64,000 bases of DNA from Myxococcales bacterium. GTDB taxonomy: Bacteria; Myxococcota_A; Polyangia; Palsa-1104. Shown piece by piece: positions 1 through 11,334 of this stretch. Both the position numbers and the translations under genes were made by a program. Under the pieces are notes generated by a model, which saw only the letters and a program-made list of their open reading frames with translations, was not told where the DNA came from and ran no database searches. Numbering within the stretch: the first letter of the stretch is position 1; every line of letters starts with the position of its first letter. Location: contig PNAM01000015.1 of assembly GCA_003170275.1 (NCBI GenBank), positions 53,546-117,545 of the forward strand, read 5' to 3'.

Positions 1-2207
1 CTGACGCCCAGTCGCCCGGCGGTGTCGCGATCGATGGTCAGCTGCAGCTGCAGCCCGCCGTCCTGCTGATCCGAGGCCACGTCGGTGAGCTGCGGCAGCG
101 CGCGCAGCTTCTCGAGCACCTTGGGCGCCCACTCGGAGAGCTCCGCCGGATCGGCGTCTTCGAGCGTGTACTGGTACTGCGTGCGGCTGAGCCGGTTGTC
201 GATCTGCAGATCCTGCACCGACTGCAGGTAAAGCGTGACGCCCTGCACCCCGGCGAGCTTCGGCTGAAGGCGGCGGATGATCTCGGTGGCGCTCGATTTG
301 CGCTTGGAGCGCGGCGCGAGCGCGACCGAGAAGCGGCCGCTGTTGGTGGTGGCGTTGGTGCCGTCGGCGCCGATGAACGAGGCCACGGTGGCCACGTCGG
401 GATCGTCGAGCAGCACGCGCGCGAGCGCCTCCTGTCGCTCCATCATGCGCGCGAACGAGATGTCGGGCGCGGCCTCCGACACGCCGATCAGCATGCCGGT
501 GTCCTCGACCGGGAAGAAGCCCTTGGGCACCACCACGAATAAGAACGCCGTGGCGCCGACGGTGGCGATGGTGGCGATGAGCGTGGTGAGCTGGTGCGCG
601 AGCACCCACTTGAGCGTGCGATCGTAGAAGTTGGACATGGCGTCGAAGCCGCCCTCGAAGATGCGCGCGAAGCGACCCGGCTGCTCGGCCTCGTGCGGCT
701 TGAGCAGCCAGCCGCACATCATCGCGGTGAGCGTGAGCGAGAGCACCGCCGAGACCGCGATGGCGATCGCCAGCGTGACCGCGAACTCGCGGAACAGCCG
801 GCCGATGAGACCGCCCATGAACAACAGCGGGATCAGCACCGCGATCAGCGAGACGGTGAGCGACAGGATGGTGAAGCCGATCTGCCGCGCGCCCTTGAGC
901 GCCGCCTCGAACGGGCGCTCGCCCTGCTCGATGTAGCGCGCGATGTTCTCCACCATCACGATCGCGTCGTCGACCACGAAGCCGGTGGAGATGGTGAGCG
1001 CCATCAGCGACAGGTTGTTCAAGCTGTAGCCGCACAGGTGCATCACGCCGAAGGTGGCGATCAGCGACAGCGGCACCGCCACGCCGGGGATCACCGTCGC
1101 GCGCCAGCTGCGTAAGAACACGTAGATCACCAGCACCACCAGCGCGACTGTCAGCGCGAGCGTGAACTGCACGTCCTCGACCGACGCGCGCACCGTCTCG
1201 GTGCGGTCGGAGAGGATGGTCACGTCGATCGCCTGCGGCATCGACGCGCGGAGCTGCGGCAAGAGCGCCTTGACCCGGTCGGTGACCTGCAGCAGGTTGG
1301 CGCCCGGCTGGCGCTGCACGTTGAGGATGATCGCGCGCTTCATCTCGCCGGCGCTCTCGTGCGCGATCTTCTTCTTCAGGCCGGCCCAGCCCGCCAGCTG
1401 CGCGTTCTCCACGCCGTCGATCACCTGCGCCACGTCCTCGAGCCGGATCGGCGCGCCGTTCTTGTAGGCGATCACCAGCGGGCGGAAGCCGGCCGCCTTC
1501 TCGATCTGATCGTTGGTCGCGAGCGTGAAGTCCTGCCGCGCGCCGTCGAGGTTTCCCTTGGGCTGGTTGACGTTGGCCGACGCCAGCGCGAGCCGCACGT
1601 CCTCCATGGTCAGCCCGGTGCCGGCGAGCGCGAGCGGATCCACCTGCACACGCACGGCCGGCTTCTGCCCGCCGTTGAGCGACACCAGGCCCACGCCCGA
1701 GACCTGCGAGATCTTCTGCGCCAGCACCGAGTCGGCGAAGTCGTCCACCTCGCTGAGCGGCAGCGTGCTCGACGCCACCGCCAGCGTGAGCACCGGCGTG
1801 TCGGCCGGGTTGCTCTTGGAATAGGTGGGCGGCGCCGGCAGCGTGGGCGGCAACAGATTGGCCGCGGCGTTGATGGCCGCTTGCACGTCCTGCTCGGCGG
1901 CGTCGATGTTACGCTCGAGGGCGAACTGCAGCGTGACCTGCGACGAGGCGAAGCTCGACACCGAGGTCATCTGCGTCAGCGACGGCATCTGCCCGAACTG
2001 CCGCTCGAGCGGCGTGGTCACCGCCGAGGCCATGGTGTCCGCGCTCGCGCCCGGCAGGAGCGTCGACACCACGATGGTCGGGTAGTCGACCTGCGGCAGC
2101 GCGGCCACCGGCAGCTGCTGGTAGCCGACCATTCCGGCCAGCGCCAGGCCGACCATCAACAGCGTGGTCGCGACCGGCCGCCGGATGAACGGCTCGCTGA
2201 TGCTCAC
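1..2207 (-). CDS. RND efflux permease (MdtB/MdtC/AcrB-like); C-terminal part lies outside the window
   Basis: Absent from the ORF track because it has no stop in the window. My translation of the minus strand from GTG 2207..2205 reads VSISEPFIRRPVATTLLMVGLALAGMVGYQQLPVAALPQVDYPTIVVSTLLPGASADTMASAVTTPLERQFGQ, a canonical RND N-terminus. GTGA start/stop overlap with the upstream adaptor gene. Confidence 0.9.
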   Translation of the reverse strand, partial: MSISEPFIRRPVATTLLMVGLALAGMVGYQQLPVAALPQVDYPTIVVSTLLPGASADTMASAVTTPLERQFGQMPSLTQMTSVSSFASSQVTLQFALERNIDAAEQDVQAAINAAANLLPPTLPAPPTYSKSNPADTPVLTLAVASSTLPLSEVDDFADSVLAQKISQVSGVGLVSLNGGQKPAVRVQVDPLALAGTGLTMEDVRLALASANVNQPKGNLDGARQDFTLATNDQIEKAAGFRPLVIAYKNGAPIRLEDVAQVIDGVENAQLAGWAGLKKKIAHESAGEMKRAIILNVQRQPGANLLQVTDRVKALLPQLRASMPQAIDVTILSDRTETVRASVEDVQFTLALTVALVVLVIYVFLRSWRATVIPGVAVPLSLIATFGVMHLCGYSLNNLSLMALTISTGFVVDDAIVMVENIARYIEQGERPFEAALKGARQIGFTILSLTVSLIAVLIPLLFMGGLIGRLFREFAVTLAIAIAVSAVLSLTLTAMMCGWLLKPHEAEQPGRFARIFEGGFDAMSNFYDRTLKWVLAHQLTTLIATIATVGATAFLFVVVPKGFFPVEDTGMLIGVSEAAPDISFARMMERQEALARVLLDDPDVATVASFIGADGTNATTNSGRFSVALAPRSKRKSSATEIIRRLQPKLAGVQGVTLYLQSVQDLQIDNRLSRTQYQYTLEDADPAELSEWAPKVLEKLRALPQLTDVASDQQDGGLQLQLTIDRDTAGRLGV

Positions 2208-3391
2208 GGCTTGTCCTTGGGCGCGTCACCCTTGGACGGGCTCTCGGTCATCTTGTGCTCGTTCGAGCGCGGCGCGACCAGCGAGCCCGGCCGCAGCTGG
2301 TTCTGCCCTTCGAGCACGATCTGCTCGCCGGCCGCGACGCCCTTCTTCATCAGCGCCAGATCGCCGGTGACCAGCTCGATCTCGATCGGCCGCGCCGCCA
2401 CCGTCTTGTCGGCGCCGATCACGTACACGTAGCTCCCCTGCGGCCCGCGCTGCACGGCCGACACCGGCAGCACCAGCGCGTCCTTCTTGGTCTCGAGCAG
2501 GACGCGCGCCTTGACGAACTGGTTGGGCCATAGCTTGCGCTCGGGGTTGGGCATCGACGCCTTGAGGCGCAGCGTCGCGGTGGCCTGGTTGATCTGGTTG
2601 TCGAGCACCACCAGCTTGCCGGCGCCCAGGCGCTTGCCGCCGTCGCGGTTGAGCGCCTCGACGCTCACCTCGCCGCGCGCGAGCGCAGCGGACACCGCCG
2701 GCAGATCGTCCTCGGGCAAGGTGATGAACAGCGCCATCGGCTCGAGCTGGGTAATGACCACCAGGCCGGTCGGATCGGAGGCGCGCACCAGGTTGCCCGG
2801 ATCGATCAGGCGCACGCCGACGGTGCCGTCGATGGGCGCCTTGATGCGCGCGTAATCGAGGTTGAGGCGCGCGGTCTCCACCGCCGCCTCGTCGACCTGC
2901 ACGGTGCCTTCGTTCTGTCCCACCACGCCGACCTGCTGGTCCGACTGCTGCTGCGCGATCAGCTTCTGCTCGCTGAGCGTCTTGTAGCGATCGAGGTCGG
3001 CCTTGCCCGAGCGAAGCTGCGCGCGGTCGCGGGCCAGCGCGCCCTCCGCCTGGTGAAGCTGCGCCGTGAACGGCCGCGCGTCGAGCTGCGCGAGCACGTC
3101 CCCCTGCTTGACCGCCTGCCCTTCGATGAAGAACACCTTGTCCAGCCGCCCGTCTACCTGGCAGCGCACCGTCACCTGCTTCCACGCGGCCACGCTGCCC
3201 AGCCCCTCGAGCCAGATCGGCACGTCGCGCTTCTCGACCACCGCCACCAGCACCGGCACCGGACGCGCGCCGGCATCGGGCGACGCCGCCTGCCCGCTAC
3301 GCGAGCACGCGGGCAGCGCGAGCGCGCCCACTGCTACGAACATTCCCAACATTCCCATCGGTCGGCGCCACGCCTTCATGGCCTCGTCCAT
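2204..3391 (-). CDS. RND efflux periplasmic adaptor (membrane fusion protein, MdtA/HlyD-like lipoprotein)
   Basis: 395-aa ORF with lipobox LALPAC, coiled-coil hairpin region and beta-barrel segments typical of MFPs (e.g. LNLDYARIKAPIDGTVGVRLIDPGNLV). Start is ambiguous: ATG at 3391, 3379 or 3358. Confidence 0.9.
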   Translation of the reverse strand: MDEAMKAWRRPMGMLGMFVAVGALALPACSRSGQAASPDAGARPVPVLVAVVEKRDVPIWLEGLGSVAAWKQVTVRCQVDGRLDKVFFIEGQAVKQGDVLAQLDARPFTAQLHQAEGALARDRAQLRSGKADLDRYKTLSEQKLIAQQQSDQQVGVVGQNEGTVQVDEAAVETARLNLDYARIKAPIDGTVGVRLIDPGNLVRASDPTGLVVITQLEPMALFITLPEDDLPAVSAALARGEVSVEALNRDGGKRLGAGKLVVLDNQINQATATLRLKASMPNPERKLWPNQFVKARVLLETKKDALVLPVSAVQRGPQGSYVYVIGADKTVAARPIEIELVTGDLALMKKGVAAGEQIVLEGQNQLRPGSLVAPRSNEHKMTESPSKGDAPKDKP

Positions 3392-3393
3392 AC

Positions 3394-3409
3394 AGCAAGG
3401 TGCGCGCCA
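3394..3409 (-). promoter_or_regulatory. candidate sigma54 (-24/-12) promoter for the RND operon
   Basis: Minus strand reads TGGCGC-GCACC-TTGCT (consensus TGGCAC-N5-TTGCW, GG-N10-GC spacing kept). It sits in the divergent gap between the adaptor gene and the HK/NtrC pair. It overlaps the first ATG of the ORF, so a downstream start would be used. Confidence 0.45.
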
Positions 3410-4925
3410 CCCGCAACCCCGCGCCCGGAGCGGGCCTCGCGCCCTCCACCTGTTCGCCAGACGAACACCTGTCCGGATCCAGAACGCCTGCTCGCGCCGA
3501 TGCCCCCGCCGTGCATGGATGCGCTCGGGTCCGGGTCTTGCTACGCTCGACGCACGTGCCGAAGACGCCTGCCATCCGCCAGCGGCTCTTGTACATCGCG
3601 CTGCTCGGCGTGGTCACCTCCGCGCTATCGCTGGTGGCGCTGGTGCGCGCGCTCACCTTCACCGCCGCGCAGCGGGTCGAGCGCGCGCGCGATGCGCTCA
3701 CCGGCGAGCTCGATCGGTTGGCGCGCCTGCCGCCGTCGGGCGAAGCGCTCGCGGGACCGCCCGCCACCACCTATATCGGCCTGCGCGGCGGTTGGGTGGA
3801 CAACTCGGGCCAGCTCGGCTCGCTCCCGGGGCTGCCCGACTCCTGGCGCGGCCCGCTCGCGCATACATTAATGGAGGCGGCGCAGAAGCAGGGTCGCGTG
3901 GTGAGCGAGACCGAGCTGGGGTCCTCGCCCCTGCTGCTGGCCGTCGATCCGGTGGCGAACGGCTTCGCGTGGACCGGCTACCACGTGCTGCCGTCGGCCT
4001 ACCTGAAGCCGTGGCGCTGGATCGCCTTCGGCCTGGCCGGCGCCACCGCGCTCCTGGTGGCGACCGCGCTGTGGGGCTCGTTCTCGTTCCGCCGCAACGC
4101 CAACGCGCTGCACGCGACCCTGGTCGCGCTGGGAAAAGATCTGACGGCCGAGGTCGCGCAGCCCGGCGCCGGCGAGCTGACCGGCATCGCCGACGGCATC
4201 CGCCGCATGGCGGCCGATCTGCTCGCCTCGCGCGACGCGACCGAGCGGTTGCAGCGCGAGCTGGCGCAGAAGGATCGCTTGGCCGCGCTCGGCCGGGTCG
4301 CCGCCGGCGTGGCCCACGAGGTGCGCAACCCGCTCGCCTCGATCAAGCTACGCCTCGATCTGGCCGCCGCCAGCAACACGCTGCCGGTCGCCGCGATGGA
4401 GGCGGTGGTGGGCGCCTCGCAGGAGATCGCGCGGCTGGATCGGCTGGTCGCCGACCTGCTGCTGGTCGCCGGCCAAAAAATGGGACCGCGCCGCGAGGTC
4501 GAGCTCGGCGCGTTGTTGCGAGCGCGCGCGGAGGCGCTCGCGCCGTGGGCCGCGGCGCGCGGGATCGCGGTGCGCACCGCCGGCGAAGGGATCGCCGACG
4601 CCGACGTCGAGTCGGTGGCGCGCGCGTTCGACAACGTGCTGCGCAACGCGGTCGAGGCCTCACCGCCCGACGGCACCGTCGAGGCGCAGGTGTTCAAGAC
4701 CGCGGGTAGCGTGGAGGTGCGCGTGGAAGATCGCGGCCGCGGCGTCGAGCCGGCGCGCGAGAGCGAGCTGTTCGAGCCGTTCTTCACCACCAAGCCCGAA
4801 GGCACGGGCCTCGGCCTGGCCATCTCGCGCGCCATCGCCCGCGCGCACGGCGGCGAGCTCACCTACGCGCGCGCCGGTGCGGTCACGCGCTTCTCGCTCT
4901 CGCTGCCGTCGCGCGGAGCCGCGGC

Positions 4926-4929
<4 letters not shown>
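3400..4929 (+). CDS. sensor histidine kinase (2 TM, HAMP, HisKA, HATPase_c)
   Basis: H-box AAGVAHEVRNPLASIKL; ATPase motifs NVLRNAVEAS and GTGLGLAISRAIARAHGG. True start is probably downstream (GTG/TTG candidates around 3500-3560, before TM1 LLYIALLGVVTSALSLVALV). Confidence 0.85.
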
Positions 4930-6275
<1,346 letters not shown>

Positions 6276-6314
6276 CTCAGGGCGACCGATTTGCCACAGT
6301 GGTACGATGGCGCC

Positions 6315-7445
6315 ATGGGGAAACCGGCGGTCTTGGCGGTGGGGTTGTGCGTCCTCGGCGCGTGCTCGTCGTCGGTGCCCGACTACCCTTCGTATGTCGC
6401 GGCGGCTGACCGGGCGATCTGCCAGCACCAGATCGACTGCGGCTTCCTCGATCCGGCGTACGAGAAGGACTGCGAGCAGCAGTTCGCTTCGTTCCAGGGA
6501 TCGAACGCGACGATTCAAGCAACCTACGACCCGGCGGCGGGCGACGCCTGTCTCGCCACGCTGCGCGGCGCGCTCGACGGATTCGGCTGCCGCGCGCTGC
6601 TGCTCAACGATCTGTCGATCAGCGCGGCGATGGCGATGGCCTGCGCGAACGCCCTGACCGGCAAGGTTCAGACCGGTGGGACGTGTCGCGCGAGCGCGGA
6701 GTGTGCCGGACACGGGACCTGCGTGATCACGTTCGCGAACAACCTGTGCACGAGCGCGTGCGTAGCGCCGGCCCCAGTCGGGCAGAGCTGCGGCGGCTCC
6801 AACGATTGCGTCGACGGTGCCGTTTGCCAGTTCGCCGCGTTGGGACCCACCTGCGTTTCCATCGGAGACGTGGGCGCCGCGTGCTCGCCGGCCGACGGCA
6901 CCGGGGACTGCAAGCCGGGCCTGGCCTGCGCGCCGTCGGCGGATCGCAAGAGCGCGAGCTGCAGCGCGCCGCTCGCGGCCGGGGCGCCGTGCGAAGCGAG
7001 CCCGGAGGCGCGCGGCTCGTGCGGCGGCGAGCTGATCTGCGATCTGTTGCTGACGAGCCCGGTGTGCGCGCCGGAGAAACAGCTCGGCGAGCCGTGCGGC
7101 TCGACCGACGCCTGCGGCCCACACCTGCTGTGCACCTCGTCGGCCGCGGCCACCGCGACCTGCCTGGCGCCCATCCCGCTCGGCGGAGCCTGCGTGGGAG
7201 CGAACCAGGACGCGGCCTGCCTGGCGCCGCACCGGTGCGTCAACGGAGTCTGCTCCGCCCCGCCGACGATCGGTCAGCCCTGCCCCGACGGCGCTTGCCT
7301 CGAGGGCTTCTGCGACGCGACCAAGGTGTGCCACGCGGCGATCGCCGTCGGCGGCGCGTGCGACCCGACCGTCACCGGCCTGTTCCAGTGCCAGGATGGC
7401 GCCACCTGCGACATGACGACCAAGACCTGCAAGCTGTGCATGTAG
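6315..7445 (+). CDS. secreted cysteine-rich repeat lipoprotein
   Basis: Signal/lipobox MGKPAVLAVGLCVLGAC. More than 40 Cys in repeated C-x-C spacing (GTCxxxxxCxxxxxC units), resembling myxobacterial Cys-rich repeat proteins. Confidence 0.7.
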   Translation: MGKPAVLAVGLCVLGACSSSVPDYPSYVAAADRAICQHQIDCGFLDPAYEKDCEQQFASFQGSNATIQATYDPAAGDACLATLRGALDGFGCRALLLNDLSISAAMAMACANALTGKVQTGGTCRASAECAGHGTCVITFANNLCTSACVAPAPVGQSCGGSNDCVDGAVCQFAALGPTCVSIGDVGAACSPADGTGDCKPGLACAPSADRKSASCSAPLAAGAPCEASPEARGSCGGELICDLLLTSPVCAPEKQLGEPCGSTDACGPHLLCTSSAAATATCLAPIPLGGACVGANQDAACLAPHRCVNGVCSAPPTIGQPCPDGACLEGFCDATKVCHAAIAVGGACDPTVTGLFQCQDGATCDMTTKTCKLCM

Positions 7446-7551
7446 CCCGCTCGATCGCGCAGCCTGCGAGGCTACAAGCTTCCGCAGCGTCCTGTCCTTC
7501 ATCAACCTCGGGCGCGTTTGCAAGGCTTGGACCTTCTGCGAGAATGCAACG

Positions 7552-10260
7552 ATGCCGACGGGCTGTCTGACCGAAGACCAAGTCGCCCGGTTCGTCGAGC
7601 ACGCGGTCGACGACGCCGAGCGGCAGCGCATCGGCGCGCACGTGGACCAGTGCGAGGAGTGTCGCCGCCTGGTGGGCGCGGCTGCGGCGGTGTTTTTGTC
7701 GATGACGCTGCCCGCCGCCGGCCCGCCGGTCGACACCGGTGGCTTGCCCGCCGGCGTTCGCCTGGGCCGTTACGTGGTGCTCGAACGCCTCGGCGCCGGC
7801 GCGATGGGCGTGGTCTATTCCGCCTACGATCCGGAGCTCGATCGCCGCGTCGCCGTGAAGCTGGTGCGCGCGGAGGCGGAGCGCGGCGAGTCCTCGGCCG
7901 GCGCGCGCGGCCGGCTCCTGACCGAGGCGCAGACCGTCGCGCGCCTCAACCATCCGAGCGTGATCACCGTCTACGACGTGGGCACGGTCGGCGACCGCGT
8001 GTTCATCGCCATGGAGTTGGTCGACGGGGGCACCCTCGCCGCCTGGCGCGCCGAACGACCGCGCTCGCGCGGCGAGATCCTCGAGCTGTTCCTGCGCGCC
8101 GGTGAAGGCCTCGCCGCCGCGCACGACGCCGGCGTGGTGCACCGCGACTTCAAGCCGGACAACGTGCTGGTCGGCAAGGACGGACGCCTGCGCGTGACCG
8201 ACTTCGGCCTCGCGCGCGCCGCGAAGCCCGGCGCCAACGCGGTTCCCACCGTCGAGATCGTCGGCACGCCGGCCTATATGTCGCCCGAGCAGTTCCGCGG
8301 CGAGCCGGCCGACGCGCGCGCCGATCAGTTCGCCTTCTGCGTGGCGCTGTGGGAGGCGCTGGCCGGCAGCCGGCCGTATCACGGGACCTCCTCAGCGGCG
8401 CTGCAGCAGGCGAGCGGCACCGGCCGGCCCGACGAGCCGCCGGCGGGCTCGGCGCTGCCGTTGTGGATCAAGCGGATTCTGCTGCGCGGCCTGCGCCCCG
8501 CCGCGGAGGAGCGGTTTCCCACCATGCGCGCCCTGCTCGCCGCGTTGCGCGCCGATCCGCGCCAACGGTTGCGTCGTCTGGCGACGGTGCTCGCGATCGC
8601 CGCGGCGATGGTGGCGGTCGGCCTGGCCTGGCGCGGCAGCCGTCAGTCCGCGGGCGCGGTCTGTCGAGGCGCGGCCGCGCAGCTCGCCGGCGTGTGGGAC
8701 GCGTCTCGCCGCGCGGCGCTCAGCGCCCGGTTCGCGCAGACCTCGCTGGCCTACGCGAGCACCAGCGCGGCCGCGGTCGCCGATGCGCTCGACGCGCGCG
8801 CACGCGCCTGGCAAACCATCTCGACCGATTCGTGCGAAGCGACCCGCGTGCGCCGCGACCAGACCGAGGACATGATGCAACGTCGCGCGGTGTGCCTGGA
8901 CGGCCGCAGAAAGGAGCTGCGCGCGCTCACCGATCTGCTCCTCGACGCCGACGCCGCGCTGGTCGAACGCGCCGGCCAGTCGGTCGCCGGCCTGACTCCG
9001 CTCGACGGCTGCTCGGATCTGCGCGCGCTCACCGCTCGCGTGCGTCCGCCGCAAGATCCGGCCATAGCCGCGCGCGTCGACGTGGTGACCGGCAAGATCG
9101 CCCGCGCTCGTGCGCTCCACCTCGCCGGCCGCTACGAACCGGCGCGCAAGGCCGCCAAGGAGGCGCTCGCCGAAGCGCGCGGCATCGCCTATGCGCCGCT
9201 CACCGCCGAGGCCGCCTACCTGTACGGCCAGATCACCCTGCAGCTCGGCCAGACGGCCGAGGCCGAAGCGCACCTGGTCGAAGCGTTGATGTTGGCCGAA
9301 CGCGGCGGCGACGACGAGTGGGCGGCGTGGGCGGCCAACGGCCTGGCCACGCTCAAGGGCAACCTCGGCGACGCCGCCAAGGAAGCGTTGGTGTACAGCC
9401 GCTTCGCCGAGGCTGCGCTCGACCGGCTGGGCGGCGACGAGACCGTCCTGGCGGGTCTGCTCGACAACCGCGCGATCATCTTGCTGCGCGCCGGTCAGCT
9501 CGACGAGGCCGCCGCCGCGGGAGAGAAAGCGAACCTGTTGTGCCGCAAGCACGAGGGCGCCGACTCGCTGAACGTGGTTCAGTCCGACGTCGATCTCGCG
9601 GACATCTACGCGGGCCAGGGCCGCGTCGAGCTGGCGCGCCAACGCACCGCGCACGCGCTCGACGTGCAGGTCCGCCTGCTCGGCGAAGATCATCCCGACA
9701 CCAACACCGCGCGCGTCAACCTCGGTGGCCTGCTGGTGATGCTGGGCCGATTCGCCGAAGCGCAGCCGCTCCTCGAACGCGGTGTCGCCCAGCGCGAGAG
9801 GCAGCTCGGGGCCGATCACCCGTGGACCGCGACCGCTCTCATCAACCTCGGCGAGGCCAAGGCGGGGCTCGGCGATCCCGAGGGGTCGACGCGCCTCAAC
9901 CGCCGCGCGCTGGTGATCCTGGAAGGCGCCGCCGGCAAGACCAGCCCGCTCTTGTGCGAGCCGCTGGTGAACCTGGCGCGCGACGCCGCCCGGCGCAACC
10001 AGCCGGCCGAGGCCCAGGCGCTGCTCGAGCGCGCGCTGGCGATCCACGCCGCCGCGAAATCCTCCGCCACCGAAGCCGCGCCCGCCCGCTTCGAGCTGGC
10101 CAAGCTCACCCGCGACCCGGCGCGCGCCGAGTCACTCGCCCGCCAGGCCGCCGCCGCCTGGCGCGAAGCCGAGCATCACTGGGGCGGCGAAAACGGCGCA
10201 CGCGTCACCGAGATCGAGAGCTGGCTGGCCAAGCGCCCCGCACCGGCGCGCGAGCGCTAG
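7552..10260 (+). CDS. Ser/Thr protein kinase with N-terminal zinc-finger-like motif, TM segment and C-terminal TPR array
   Basis: Kinase motifs GAGAMGVVY, VAVKL, HRDFKPDNVL, DFGLA, GTPAYMSPE. HVDQCEECRRL resembles an anti-sigma zf-HC2. Long TPR-like C-terminal half. Confidence 0.92.
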   Translation: MPTGCLTEDQVARFVEHAVDDAERQRIGAHVDQCEECRRLVGAAAAVFLSMTLPAAGPPVDTGGLPAGVRLGRYVVLERLGAGAMGVVYSAYDPELDRRVAVKLVRAEAERGESSAGARGRLLTEAQTVARLNHPSVITVYDVGTVGDRVFIAMELVDGGTLAAWRAERPRSRGEILELFLRAGEGLAAAHDAGVVHRDFKPDNVLVGKDGRLRVTDFGLARAAKPGANAVPTVEIVGTPAYMSPEQFRGEPADARADQFAFCVALWEALAGSRPYHGTSSAALQQASGTGRPDEPPAGSALPLWIKRILLRGLRPAAEERFPTMRALLAALRADPRQRLRRLATVLAIAAAMVAVGLAWRGSRQSAGAVCRGAAAQLAGVWDASRRAALSARFAQTSLAYASTSAAAVADALDARARAWQTISTDSCEATRVRRDQTEDMMQRRAVCLDGRRKELRALTDLLLDADAALVERAGQSVAGLTPLDGCSDLRALTARVRPPQDPAIAARVDVVTGKIARARALHLAGRYEPARKAAKEALAEARGIAYAPLTAEAAYLYGQITLQLGQTAEAEAHLVEALMLAERGGDDEWAAWAANGLATLKGNLGDAAKEALVYSRFAEAALDRLGGDETVLAGLLDNRAIILLRAGQLDEAAAAGEKANLLCRKHEGADSLNVVQSDVDLADIYAGQGRVELARQRTAHALDVQVRLLGEDHPDTNTARVNLGGLLVMLGRFAEAQPLLERGVAQRERQLGADHPWTATALINLGEAKAGLGDPEGSTRLNRRALVILEGAAGKTSPLLCEPLVNLARDAARRNQPAEAQALLERALAIHAAAKSSATEAAPARFELAKLTRDPARAESLARQAAAAWREAEHHWGGENGARVTEIESWLAKRPAPARER

Positions 10261-10289
10261 ACTCGACGTCCTCGGCGCCAAGGCGGCGA

Positions 10290-11147
10290 TCACGCGCGCG
10301 ATGAAACCAGCTCCTCGCAGCGCCGCTCGAGATCGTCGACCGCGGGCGCGTCGCGGTACTTGCCGTCCTTTTCTTTGCGTCCGTCGAAGTACTTGCCGCT
10401 CTGTCCGGCGAGCTCTGCCGTCGCTGCGGCCCACAGCGGCGTGTCGGCGCCCTTGGCCGGCGTGACCGCGAACAGCTTTGCGGAGAAACCGATCATCGCC
10501 GCCATGAAGCCGTGCGCATTCTGGTTGAAATCGGTCTTCACGAAGCCGGGCGCCGCGGCGTTGGCGGTCACGCCGCTGCCTTCGAGCCGGCGCGCCTGCC
10601 CCCAGGTGAGCATGCGCAGCGCCAGCTTCGACTGCCCGTAGGCCTTGAACCCGTCCCACTTACGCGTCTTCCACTCGAGATCGTTGGCGTCGTAGTCGCC
10701 GGCGAAGGCCGACACGATGTTCACCACGCGCGCCGGTCCGCTCGCGCGCAGTCGCGGCTCGAGCAGCTTGGTCAACAGGTAGGGGCCGAGCACGTTGGTG
10801 GCCAGCGTGAGCTCGTGGCCGTCGCGGCTCTCGCGGCGGTCGGTGAACCAGGCGCCCGCGTTGTTGACCAGGATGTCCAGCCGCGGGTGCTGCTTTTCGA
10901 ATTCCTGCGCGGAGACGCGGATCGCCGAAGCCTCCGAGACATCGACCGCCAGCACCGAGAGGCCACCTTTGGCCTCCGCAGCCAGCTCCTTGCGCGCCGC
11001 CTCGCCGCGCTCGAGGTTGCGCGCGCCGATCACCACGTGCGCACCGAACCGCGCGAGCCCGCGCGCGATCTCCTTGCCGATCCCGCCCGTCGCGCCGGTC
11101 ACCAGCGCCGTCTTGCCCGAAAGATCCGCCTGGATCGGAGTCACCAT
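10290..11147 (-). CDS. short-chain dehydrogenase/reductase (SDR)
   Basis: TGATGGIG Rossmann motif; NNAG; Y..SK catalytic motif (AYGQSKLA). Start chosen at ATG 11147, preceded by GAGGAGG. The track ORF extends further upstream to 11453. Confidence 0.88.
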   Translation of the reverse strand: MVTPIQADLSGKTALVTGATGGIGKEIARGLARFGAHVVIGARNLERGEAARKELAAEAKGGLSVLAVDVSEASAIRVSAQEFEKQHPRLDILVNNAGAWFTDRRESRDGHELTLATNVLGPYLLTKLLEPRLRASGPARVVNIVSAFAGDYDANDLEWKTRKWDGFKAYGQSKLALRMLTWGQARRLEGSGVTANAAAPGFVKTDFNQNAHGFMAAMIGFSAKLFAVTPAKGADTPLWAAATAELAGQSGKYFDGRKEKDGKYRDAPAVDDLERRCEELVSSRA

Positions 11148-11334
11148 GCCCGCCTCCTCGTCGTTTTTCGTCCGCATCTTGTCACATCGACGGACCGGAC
11201 CGGTCGGCGCAAAATGCCCAAGTGGTGTGGCGCGATGACCCTGGGGGGTTTCCCTGCCAACGATTGTCCCGCTGTGATTCTCGGCGGTTCGCCGCTCCTG
11301 CGGCCAGGCGTACTTATTGCCTTGTGGTCCGACC

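Noticed and set aside
277-2432. Several plus-strand ORFs (101-357 aa) overlapping the start of the window
   Set aside because: Their translations are Arg/Ala/His/Gly-rich nonsense. The opposite strand encodes an unmistakable RND permease, so these are antisense shadow ORFs typical of high-GC DNA.
8349-10304. 651-aa plus-strand and 551-aa minus-strand ORFs over the kinase gene
   Set aside because: They are off-frame or antisense shadows of the Ser/Thr kinase gene, which carries all canonical kinase motifs in its own frame.
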